NCBI GenBank assembly: GCA_965112155.1
Contig: OZ218113.1
Reading direction: 5' to 3' (one strand)
Length of the DNA stretch: 64,000 nucleotides
Source of the DNA: Podarcis liolepis
Lineage: Eukaryota
A program made the translations under genes and the position numbers. Positions 29,901 through 42,900 of this stretch are shown piece after piece. Within the stretch, counting starts at the first letter, position 1. Each line of letters opens with the position of its first letter. Below the pieces are notes generated by a model that was not told the DNA's origin, did not search any database, and was given only the letters and a program-made list of their open reading frames with translations.

Positions 29901-32900
29901 CGTGATAAAACATCAAGCGGATTATCAGCTGGTTGTGTGGCCACTTTCACCATAACATTGCTATTGAAGATGTAGGCAGAAAAGAAGACCTGGGGGGGGG
30001 GGCAGGGGAAACACAAAAGCTATTTTTGATCACCTCAAAAGCTATGCATCTCTCTCATTATCCAGCCTAGGATCAAGAGAACCTGTGAGCCAGGAGACCA
30101 TTAAGTGAAGCAAGTAGATGAAACGATACAGGATTTGCAGATTTGCCAGTTCCTAGTGACATGGCACTAACCCTTTTGCTTAGTCTCAAGAGGGGCTGAT
30201 ATACATGATAGCCTTATGTTCCTTAAGAGACAGAAGCCCACCTGCATCTATAGGAGATGCAAGATGGCAGCAGTGGACACACCCACAAGGACACTCATGT
30301 TTTCTGGCTCAAAAGGGACCTGTTGATACCACCCACACAGGCGAGAAACAACCCCTGCCCTTTGGGGGCACCAACCAATTGTGCCATTTATTTATTTTTA
30401 ATATGCTTTTTATTAGTTTTCTTACTTAATAAACACACACAAGAAATTAACAAAAATGATAAAAAAATCCATCCATCCATAAATCCATATGTTCTTACAA
30501 AAGAACTTATGCTACCATGTTCTTAATTCCCAATTCCTTACCTTCCCCAATAGACTTCTGTATTCCTCAAAGCAGGTCTCTCTTATCTGTTTACTAAACT
30601 GCTTCTTTAATCATTTTGTCACTTCTTGTTATCTGAATACTATACTTATAATCCATATTGTGGTTTGCGAAAATTAATCAAAGCATGTCCAGGTTTTAAC
30701 TTGAGGGCACTGTTTTTTAAAATATTCTTTATAAATTTCTCACTCCTTTTTGAACTTTTGGTTTGGCTGTCTCCTAATGGTTTCTGCCATTTTTGCCAGT
30801 TTGAGATATTGAAATAATTTATCCTGCCATTCCTCTTTTGTTGGTACTAATTCTCCTTTCCAATTTCTGGCAATTAATATTCTTGCTGCTGTTGTAGCAT
30901 ATAAGAATATTATATTTTTTCATTTGGAATATCTGAATCTAAAATGCCTAAGAGTAAGGCTTCTGGTTTCTTTATGAAAGTTTGCTTAAACATTTTTTTA
31001 AAATTCCTCATATATAATATCCCAAAAATTCTTAATTTTTTTGCAACCCCACCACAGATGAAACAGTGTCCCTTCTGCCTGTTTACACCTCCAGCACGTA
31101 TAAGATCTCGTTTTATACATTTTGGATATTTTGCTGGGAGTTATATACAACCTGTAAAACATCTTCAAAAGATGTTCCTTTAGTGTATATTGTGCCATCT
31201 AGACCTGGTGGTCAATAACACATTGCCAGGACGATTGGGTGGGGGGCACTGCGGCCACTGCAAGCCTCACAAAGATGTAATCAACAAGAGGACAGGGTGG
31301 GAAGTTTTCATACCAGTTCCCCCAGAAGCTCCAACAGCTTCCTCCACAAGAGTGTTCAGGAAAAAAAGAGGTGTTGATACCATCTGACCAATGTGGCCTT
31401 CAAGATGCAATGAAACATGAAAATCAAAAAGTGGAGCTATATGGTTGCCATGTTGCATTTTTTAATTGAAAAGCCACATATAAATTTTCTAAAGAGGCAA
31501 ATTTCTCTGACTGCCTGGGGGTGGCTGCTGGGTGAGACCAAGGTGGTACCCTCTAAGGTGTGCCAAAGTCTGTAATCAGCCTCTTCCGGACAATGGGGGG
31601 ATCTTCAACACCTATTTCCTACACAAAGTTGAATTCGTTAATTAATTAAACTTATAGGCTGCTAGATTGTAAACAAACAAACCTCAAAGAAGTTTATGAA
31701 AAAGATAAAATTGAGTTGGGGAAGGTCCCGGGAGTGATATGGAAAAAATACAATGTAAGTGAAGGGGAAAGCCTTTTAGAAAGTTATGACTGAAATGCAG
31801 CAACAAAATGGGGTGTGCCTATAGATGCCCCCTGGTACCCAGTGACAGTATTTCAAGATGTCCAAGGTGATGGGTGCTGTAAGCCTGCCATCAAGGTCAG
31901 AAGAACTCTTTGTCTGGTTATAGGGATGCATAAGAAACTAGAAGAAACTCACCCAGAAGACATCATAAATTAATAGCCCCGAGAGCAGCAGACAGGAAAC
32001 CTTGAGGCTGGGCAATCGGACAAAGGCGATCATTGCAACGCACAGGCCCATGGCCAGAGCTACAAAACAGAAATGCAACAAAACAGTTGGATCACTATGC
32101 AAGGTGACAGTTGCTGGTAAATAAGCCTAAGACTACAGACAAAACATCTACTGTACCCACACCAGAGTAGGGATACTTCTTGGAAATGAAGTGGCAGCTT
32201 GAAAATGGAGGAAAGTTGCCAGTGTAGACTACGGACATATATGGTTATGTGTATTTGGCCAAAAAAAAAATAAAATCTAATTTCTGCAAGGCAGACATCC
32301 TGTTTCGTCCTCTGAATATGTTGTGTAAATTTGTATATCCAAGCAATTAATCTGCTTTCATAGTTTAACATGCTTCTCTAGATCAACCTCTCAAAAATCC
32401 TAAATTGCTTTGGGCAGGGAACAAAATGGGCGAACGCAAGGGAATGGTTTATCTCTCTGAATCTTAAGGCCTAGAAACTTGCTCTTTCAGTATCTGTGTA
32501 AGCCAACTATGTCAGTAATATTAACACAATGTAACATTTTCAAATGTTAGAGATTAAGAACGATTAAAAGCAAAGAGAGTAGAGGACGAAAAGCATTCAG
32601 TAAACCTGCAGCAGCACGGAATGTACACAACACTCCACGATTCATTAGCCAAAATTTACTGACATGCTCCATATAGGCAATAATATTTTGGTAATTTTGA
32701 CATGAGACACACTGTTCAAGACAAGAGACAGCAATGCAAAAGTGCCTTTGCCAATTCTTTATACAGGTTGGGAAAGGTAAGACTCATCTGGAATAATTAT
32801 CCACATGTGGGAAAGGCAATCAACCAAATGGTAATGTTAATGGTTTGATCACAACCATGAGAAGGGCTGCCTGAAGAGAAACATGTGTGACTTTAATAAT

Positions 32901-33957
32901 TAATTTTCAGAACAATAAGAAGAACACTCTCCCCAAGCTACTTGTAAAACTGAAATCCTCCCCCACAACAGACAGGCTTGAGCTATCATTAGCATAGACT
33001 TGAACTAAAGTTTCTGCAGAGAGAGAACTTTCTTGTCTGTTTGCTGTTCCGCCCCTTGGAAAAGCGGCTGAGGCCTGTGTGACAAGTGATGGAGGCTGCA
33101 CCCTTTCTGCGTCAGATGCTACATGTAAAAGTACTGGAGACACCAGCACTTCAAAAATGTTTCACTTTGCTAAGCTTGTTGTTGTATTTGAGCCATGACT
33201 CATTATGTGTGTGAATGTGTTCTGTCTCTGAAAATCAGTCACTAGTCTGCACAACTGTCTACTCCTCCATGAGGGCACCAGTGAAGCTGTTGCCACTCCT
33301 AAGAACCTGGAAGTTCTGCACTTCTCCTTCTCTGCAGTCTATTACATAATGACAAGTGTTAGATTGACTAATTCTAAACCCACACCCCACTTTGGACAGA
33401 AAAGAGCGCTTTTCTTTGGCTCACAGTAATTGTGTGAGCTTTTTCTGAGCTTCTGATAGCTTGGACACCCCCTTTTTTTCTAAATTAAAAGTGGAAGAAC
33501 TTCATTCCTCCTTATATATTTGCTTTATATGAAAGTCACTAAAATTATGTCATAGTACAGATCTCCATGTTTCTGCCTGCTTCTTTCTAAACCCTGAACA
33601 GTTTCTGCTGCTGACATACAACAGGCAGTCTCCTCTAAGGGTGGACCATTCTGCTGCCTGCCTGCATCAGGAGCAATTGAATGATCAAGATTCTATGATT
33701 ACTCATAAGATTCTCTTATTCTATATGGATGTTTCAGCAGAGATTCCTGCACTGAAGGAGGTTGGATTAGATGACCTTTGGGTGCCTTCCAAGATTTTAG
33801 GATTCATCACATTCCATGCAGTCAAATGAAAAAGCAGTGAATCAGGCAGAGGCACAACAGCAGCATACTCTCTGGATGGGGACTTTGTGTTCATAGGGAC
33901 CTTCAGTTTATTAATCTCTCTTGCCACACTACTTGGAAAAAACTGCCTTACACAATG

Positions 33958-33989
<32 letters not shown>

Positions 33990-36900
33990 GACTTCCATGG
34001 CAAGCATAGAGTTCATTTTGAGTAAAGAATGCAAGAAAAGTTTCCACTAACAATTTTTCAACCTGTCACTATTATACGCAAGTAACCAGATCCACATATT
34101 CAGCAGCACTTACCGTCCATGAGGAGCCAGTGACCAGTTAGGACCCAGATAAGGACAAGCATCACAGAGAGGGAGAAAGAGAGCAGCTCAGCAGCTGTAA
34201 AACGCCCACAGCAGCCAAAAGAAATCCTGGAAAACACCACCAGAAACACAAAAACAATGAAGGCTCTTCTCTGGTATGTAGCGAGGAGGAGGTGGGAGGG
34301 GGGATCTCTTGCAGCTCTTATTTGGACTGGGTTCAAGAGCACCAGAAATGCCCTAGTGACAAGGCTTTTGTCTAAGGAAAGGTGCTGAAGGCATGATCTC
34401 AAGGATCTGCCCCACAAACCTGACTCATTTGCCAAGATCCTAAAATTAGATGAAAGGGTTATTTTGGCTACTCTATTCTTGGGCTTTCTGCTGAGAGGGT
34501 GTCAGAAGTGTTCTACCCCTTCATGCCAATTTGGGGGTGGAGGGTGTAGTTTTAGGATACAGCTTTCAGAAGACATTATTCCAAAGCTGTCATAAAAGCT
34601 GGACTTTTTTTTAAACGTTGCCTATGATCTCTAGAGCCAGTGCTTGTGACCAGAATTCTTCCCTCCCCCTGCAAAAAAATGAATTTCAACTGTGTTTCTG
34701 TCCCCCAGCTAGAAAAGTACCACCACTATGAACCAACCCTACCGGCGTCAATCCAAACAGGTCATTATTTCTGCCTATAACCATATACTTCAGTTTTGGC
34801 ACGGTGAAGTGGTGATTCCTGAGAAGCGGCCGAAAAAAGAGAAGTAGTGTGTGTGTGACGCTTTTGCCCCCACCCCTTCTGCTGTAAGATCAAAAGCAGG
34901 AGCCTTGCAGGGGTGGGAGCAGCACATTGTCCTCAAGACCTGGGGGAAGCAGCTGTCTCAAGCCACCGTGAGCAGGCGAGTGGGAATTAGGCAGCTGTGA
35001 CTCCCAAGGCAAAGTCTGCTTGGATGCTCTTCTGAATATGAAAGCCTTGAGATGAAGGAAAGTTGTGCAAGCTCCTCTTCGTTCCTGTGCTATTTGTGCA
35101 GGAGAACTTCCCAAGAGAGCGTGCCTCACATTAACTGTGGGGAGGTATCAAATGTGGGTCGGCTCTGTTTAGAGCTCACCGCAGAAGAACTCTGCAATAC
35201 CCTCTTTGTGCATTATAAACACAGGCGTGGAAAGCAGGGGCAGGACTGTATTTGAACTTCTTCTCAGAGCCGAAAGCTCTACCAACAACAGAGAGGCCCA
35301 TCTTGTTGAATCAACAACAGGTTCTTTGCACTGCACAGAACAAAAAAATAACAACCTTCCTTACTTGTTTTGAGGTGAACAAGGTCGTGTTAAATACTGG
35401 CACATTGGGAGCAGAAGGAAAGCAAAGGCTATTGTTGCGAGAACTGGAGAAATGGAGAGAGAGAGAGAAAAGGCAATGTTAATACAGACCAATGTTGCAA
35501 AAACTCCAAGACAAGCACAGAAAACTAACACATGTCAACATCTGTGGCCAAGGATGTGAAGGGAAAAAAAAAATCTGTGGCCAAAACACAAGTTGAACTT
35601 TAATTAAAACGTCTGTGAAGGGCTTTTTGCATTTTGCTGGAAAACATCTGAAGTCCAAGCAATTTATCAGTAAATTATAATCATGAAACTAGTATGTTCC
35701 TAAGGTGGGGAGAGCCCACACAGAATGCTTTGGTCAAAAGACTGACCCAAAACATTTAAGTCTGGCTAGGAAACTCTTCTGAAATGCCACATTTTTGTCA
35801 GTGGGCCAAAGATGTGGAACGCAGAGACTAATTTCCATGGGTAATATTTAACTGTTGCAAACATCTAAATGCATCACCACATATTGAGCACAATCCTGCA
35901 GGAAGTCCTCCCATGCAAATCCCACTGAAACAAACAGGGCTCTGGCCCCTTGCATGGCATTTATTTAAATGGGTATTCTACAGGAGAACTTCTCAGAAGA
36001 ATGTGCCCATTGGCTTTGGAGAATTCTGCAGTTCTCTTTTTAATTAACCTTCTCATGAATTTATACCGCACCTCTCAACAGGTTCTCAGGGTGACTTGCA
36101 AATAATTCAAATTACAGAGGTGGAGGCAAATGTAAAGACAAAAACATTAACACGATAGCAGAAATAAAACAAATACAAAAGAGTGTAAAAGCAATCAGCA
36201 GAGATAAAAGAGGCAAGATAAAAAGCATGGGAAAATAAAACTCTCTTTGTCTGGTGCAAAAATGAGTTGGAATCATTAAGCTGGAAGTGGCTTCAACATC
36301 CTCTAGTCCAGGGGTGGCCAACTCCCAAGAGACTGTGATCTACTCACAGAGTTAAAAACTAGCAGTGATCTACCCACTTTTGAGGGGTTCAGGTCAAAGT
36401 TGTTGAGCTTTTTTAAGGGATTTTTGGAGCTTCTTTGCAGGGGGCAGTGATCTACCGCAGAAGTCCAGTGATCTCCTGGTAGATCACGGTCTACCTTTTC
36501 TACCTGTTGGACATGCCTGCTGTAGTCCAACCATTTGCCAAAGTGCAAAAAAAACCCCACTCCTGCAAACCCCTAAATTAACATCCAGTTTCTGCTTAAA
36601 ATCCTCTAATAGAGGAGGTACTGGGGTGAGCCTCCCTAGGCAGAGGATTCTACTGGGAGGGCACCAGCACTGAGAAGGCTCCTCTCCAGGTAACTACCTA
36701 CCAAATCTGATAGCTTGACAGATCACATCAAGAGAAATATAAGTTAAAGTTTATTACAGACACTGACATTTGAATCAGCAACTTGAGTTTATTAAATACA
36801 GTGGTACCTCGGGTTACATATGCTTCAGGCTACATACGCTTCAGGTTACAGACTCCGCTAACCCAGAAATAGCACCTCAGGTTAAGAACTTTGCTTCAGG

Positions 36901-39900
36901 ATGAGAACAGAAATCATGCTCCGGCAGCGCGGCAGCTGCAGGAGGCCCCATTAGATAAAGTGGTCTTCAGGTTAAGAACAGTTTCAGGTTAAGAACAGAC
37001 CTCTGGAACGAATTAAGTACTTAACCCGAGGTACCACTGTAAATCCTCCAAGAATTTGTTTAATCCATTTTTAAAACCATTCAAGCTGGTGGCCCTTACT
37101 AAACCCCGTGGTAGAGAATTCAATCATTTCTTAGAATGAATTGCTGTTAAAGATGTTAGTCAATCATCTCTTATCAATATGCCCATTTCTATTTGTATTT
37201 CCTGTGAAGGAAGTTCAACCAATCTTAATGGAATTTCTATGCAAATGTGCATGGGACTGCCAGTTTATTTATTTAAAATATTTTTAGCCACTGCTCATCA
37301 CAAAAGCCATTGTAGGGCAGGAAGCTGACCAATGAAACCTGCATTATGAACAAACACAATAGTTCTGGAGAAAACCCCACACCATACTCTGTTTATAGGA
37401 TGCACCAAAAGGCACCATCTTGGAAGATTTATGCCCCTGTGAGAAAAAGGAGGAAGTGCCTCTAAGAGGATCCAAGATGCCTGTGATTTTGCAAGTACAT
37501 TTAACAAGACTTGTTTTTAAAAATCTGCTGCTCAGCTAAAGTGGAGAAAGTTGTAACAGAGAAAAAAAATATTAAAGCAAGTAATGGACAAAACACTGCA
37601 GCCTCTATGTGCTTGACTTTATATACATTGATAGGTAGTTTCTAGCTGTTATATACAAAAATAGAAGGAAACCACCAGTATTTCTACAAGCAGTTTCTTC
37701 ATATGACATCCTCAAAACTGTGTCAATTTCCAGCAACAATGAGTCCCTATGTAAGATGGGGGAAAGTGAAGAGAAGGCAGTTACCTGCTGTACATATTGT
37801 AAAGACAACTTGAACCGAGTCGAAGAAGAAGAACATGACTAAGAGAGACACAGATGCCCCAATGGGAAGGAACAACGCCTGTGTTGAATCAATGGTCTGG
37901 ATACCTGCAGGAATTTTATTTTATTAGTTTTTAAAGGAAAGGAAACATTTGTTATTTGGCATCACATGGCACACATTTAACGTTCAGGTGCATTCCTACC
38001 TGATGTTCACCCCTCCCCCTTTACAACCAAAGCTTAGGCATGATGTTATATATACTTTTGCAGTTGGTGTGCCCGTGCTTTGTGAGGAGGGGAGCTGATA
38101 ATAATCAGAGATTGCAACAGGCAGTGGAGTTAAACCATTTCCTTTCTTGCTGCAGTCCCAAAGCTGCTATTTGCACTGGGAGAAAATTGCCTCAGGGTGC
38201 CAAGGGGAGCTCTCCTCTCAATGCAAACTGCAGCTGCAAAGGAGAATTTTTTGTCAGGATTGTGGCAGGAGAGGAAAGGAAAAAATTCTGCCCCCTTCCT
38301 TCTGCGATCCCAATAATACTCTCCACCATGCCACCCAAAGAGAGATGGGGGGGAGCGCGCGCTGATGTGCACCCCACCCACCCTCAAAACATACTGTCAG
38401 TGTTCATCAAATACACAGATTGGGTCTTGCCTGCATCAGATGCGCTTACATGTACCTCCCAGACATGTTTAAATTGGGCATAAGCTCCACAGTGAGTCTT
38501 GCTTCAGAGTAAAGTTGCATAGGATTGCACTATTGGTCTCTACTCTAAAGAAAAGGCAATGGAAATTGGAGAAGCAGAAAAAGGACACAGTGTATCTTGC
38601 ATGGAAAACTAGATATAATATTGTATACTGTACTGAAGTGGAAAAAATGTGTGTGCTTGTGAAGGGGGAAAATCTGTGACTCATCAGATGACTGATTACT
38701 GGAGTAGAACAGCAGGTAAAGAAAGACAAATGTGCCTCAGAACTAAAGGAGGTAGCTTTGCCCATCTCTACCAGTTTAGCATTACCTGTCTCAAACAAAA
38801 CTTTATACTACAGGCACCAATGACAGAACCACTCATCTACAGCACATACACAGTGCAATGTTGAACTTCAAGTCAACAATGCAAAACAAAATGAATTATT
38901 ACAAGACTTTGTAATCAATTATCCACCCTTCAATTTGGCAGGGCTTGTACAGGACAGCCATATTATGTGGTTCACACCCAGGAGGGGTAGCCCTGTTCCA
39001 ACAGCGGATAGGATGGCCTCAATCACAAGCCTGCAAGACCAAGGTCGGTCCAAGTTCTGCATCCTCAGCTTATGGAGCAAGAAGTTCTTACTGTTATTTG
39101 TGCTGTTGCCATTGAAGGGCCCAGATGAGCTGCTGCTGTCCTTTTCTTTGTCTTGATTCTCAAAGTCCATGTTAAGGGACCTACAGACAAAAGAATACAT
39201 GTAAACCTTCTACTTTATATTTGCAGTGGTTACTGAAATTTAATACATAGCTTTGATATAATTTAACACAAAATTTAATGAGTGTTACTAAGAGGCTGCC
39301 CAAAAGTTATACTCCCCCTACTTTTCTGGAGACCATTCAGAACAGCTTACAAACATGAAACAGTAAGCAGAAAAAATTACAAAGGCAATGTATAAACAGC
39401 TGCAACAAAACCTTAAAAGCAGCAAACGTAAGAACAAGCTTAGAAGCAGAAGAAGAAGAGAGTTTGGATTTGATATCCCGCCTTTCACTCCCTTTAAGGA
39501 GTCTCAAAGCAGCTAACATTCTCCTTTCCCTTCCTCCCCCACAACAAACACTCTGTGAGGTGAGTGGGGCTGAGAGACTTCAAAGAAGTGTGACTGGCCT
39601 AAGGTCACCCAGCAGCTGTATGTGGAGGAGCGGAGACGCGAACCCGGTTTCCCAGATTATGAGAGTACCGCTCTTAACCACTACACCACACTGCGCGCAG
39701 CTTCGCCATCGCTCTCGGACCCGTTCTGGGGGCTGGGGTCGGGGGAAGCTCGGGCTTCCCCTGCCCCCAACCCCGCAAGCTCCGGGAGCAATGGCGAGGT
39801 TGCGCAACCTCGCCTTCGCTCCCGGCCCCCCAGTCCCGAGGCTAAAAATGAAGCCAGGACAGCGAGCGGGATCCATCCCGCTGGCTGTCATGGCTTCTTT

Positions 39901-42900
39901 GCTCTTTGGGGCTTCGGGGGGGGATATTTTTTCCCCTTTATTTCCCCCCCTCCCAAAAAAAGTGCGACCTATGAGCCGGTGCGCCCTATAGGGCGAAAAA
40001 TACGGTACATAGAATATACCTAATATATTATGGTTCTACAAGATTACCTTTAAGGAACAATGCATCAACATATGGCCAGCAATTCCTGACTTTTCTTTTG
40101 GGGGCGGGGTTGTTATATATACCAAAGAAAATAATCATACCTGAAGCTACCATAAACTATGAGGAGAATAGAAATTAGGAACGTAGATACTTGACTGGAA
40201 TCCACAAGGGAGTAAGCCCTGGAAAGGAAGACAGAGAGGCACAGTATATTATTATAGAACCAAACTGATAAACATTTGTTCAGTTTTTAAATTATCACAA
40301 ACCCAAAGAGGTGTCTAAACACAACAGTAAGTTAAACAAGCCAGGAATTTACTCATTTTCTCATTGTTCACCCACTCACATGACTGGATTATCACCAAAG
40401 ACAGATAACCCAGAGGCACTTTGTTTTAATTCCAGAGAAGCAAACTCAAATAAAAGGTGGGGGCAGGATTTACAGAAGCCTTGTGGCCCGAGGCCAGGAC
40501 ATAGCCATGTGAACTATTCTGGTCCACCTTCAGGCACAGAAGGGAAGAAGAACAAGCAACAGCAGCTCCTGCAACTAACAAGCAAGATTTCAATTAGTCT
40601 AAGTCTGAGTAGGACTAGCTTTGGATACAACCCACAAACCTGAAGCTGGGGGAAGAGGGAACGATGCCAAGTTACAATTTATGACCAGAAATCTGAACGG
40701 TTTTTGGATAAGATTAATTGTTCCCACCTACATAAAAAGGACCACCAGTCATCAATACCATCTCCGTATCACTTGGTACAAGACCCAAGCACAGGAATTT
40801 CTAAGTCACATCAGCACACATTCCACTCTAGGCAGGAGGCTGCTGACAGAATGCCTGCCTGCTTGTTAAATCTAGGTATCTAGTACTTAGGTTATAGGGA
40901 TCAGTTCTCTCACATGCATAATACAGCAAGGTAACCCGTTTGACCAGAGGAGCTCCACATTAAGCCTAAGCTTCTCTTGCTCAATACAATGCCCATGTGA
41001 ACACGTGTGTTTCGGTTCTAAGCACCCAAACATCTGACAGCTGAGCCAACAACATCAGGGCTGCCGGAGTGACACATTAATTCCAAAGAAATGAACAGCA
41101 ATAAAATAAATTCTAATACACAGCAGTAATGCAAGTGCAGCATGTTTATTACATACTGTTGATTCAAAATATACAGTAGACATAATGCCAAGCTTCAGAA
41201 GTATGTGCTAAGCTACTTGATTGGAAACCACTGTGGTGAAATTACATCATGGGTTCTCAGCAGGGTGACCTGATAACCTTCTTTTCTCTGTAACTACATG
41301 GGAAAGAAGCCTGATTAAGCCTCACCTGTCAGCAGAAGGGAGTTATCAGGAAGAGGCTGAGCCCCTGGAAACACACAGCCTTCTGTGAGCTGGAAAAGAA
41401 CTAGCTTAGCAGGAGATAATGACTGAGGCAACCTGGGCTACTGATGAATTGATGGGTTGCCTAAGTGAATGCAGGAGCAGGCACAGCAAGGAATGACAAA
41501 GTATGCTTGCTTGTTTATTTCTCTTAGGCAGACACTCAGAGAAAGCATAGGATGGTTGCAATCACTCTGCAAGAGCCACAATAGTAAGGATTACTGTGTT
41601 TACAATAAAAAATGTATATCACAGATTGATGAGCAACGACAAGGAAAACAAACACATTGGTTAAGCAACTTCTGTTCAGCAGACATGCAACATTCTTTAG
41701 AACAAACCGCTTTCTACCTGCATACCTGTTGTTTTTATTTATTGAGTTATTTTAAAAACTTTTGATTACGCAGATCAATAACAGGGAGCGTTAACTACCC
41801 TGCCTCTTCCACATGTTGCTGAACTTGCACAGGTGCCTTACTTGCTTATTACCAAGACACTTTGTCACTTAAGCTGACACAGTGCTTCAGCTGGGACTCT
41901 CCACACAAATGAAGAATGAGGTCTCTTTGTACTTGCATGGTTGGCTCTCTTCCTACCCTACCCTAAACATATAGCCGTGGGCTAGCTTTTTCCCAACTAG
42001 TACTGCAGTAAGATTGAGGGGCTCATATACGGAAATGAAATGAGTATAAATTCAGAAGAGGCAATTAGGTCAGTTCAGTCAATGTGAATGTAAAGTTTTG
42101 TCAGAAGCGGACAGTGGGTGGTGATTTAGTGGGGATTAAGGTGAGAATGTGGGCAGTTAAGGCCCTTTCTGGGAATGTTATGATCCAAATCCCTCTAAAA
42201 CATGCCTCAATGCAAATTTTTGTAAGTTACACTCTAGGTAGTTTTTTAAAACAGGGAAAAAAACTGAACTAAAAGTTGAACGTTTAACTTGGACTGAGGC
42301 CTGCACTCAAGTTTACATGCTGCACTTAATAACCCAAACAGAGCCAACACTGAGCTTGAACAGTAAACTAAACCTACATGTTTTTATTATAAACTGGCTT
42401 TTCCTCTAGCTAGGTTTGCACTGTAGAATTATACACTGTTTTTACCCTAATCTTCAAAATTAAATTTAATCTAGATTTTTGGAAGGTGCAGGCACTCAAG
42501 ACTGCAATTATGGAACTATCTACAACAATTTTGCAACTAAAATTCAGCTCCCTAGTTGTAATTTTTTATGGAATTATCCACACACACACACACGGGATTT
42601 ACCTGCTGGAACAACACCTTCCCTGTGGAATTGCTTCAGTTTCAGCTAATGTTTTAATAAATAAATATATAATATTTACCTTCTCACAGGATGCCTAACT
42701 CACTTGTTACACCTTGATGTTTTGTCATATTACCAAGATTCTGCTTTTGCTGGGGCTCCCCATGTGCTTGAAGAACATTCTTTTCTTAAGCAAGAGGGCA
42801 ATCTCGGGGTCTTTTACAATTAAGGCATAGCTAGTGTATGTTCAGTGATCATGAGTATTTATGTTTCCTTTGCATATGAACACACAGATTGGTAAACAAC

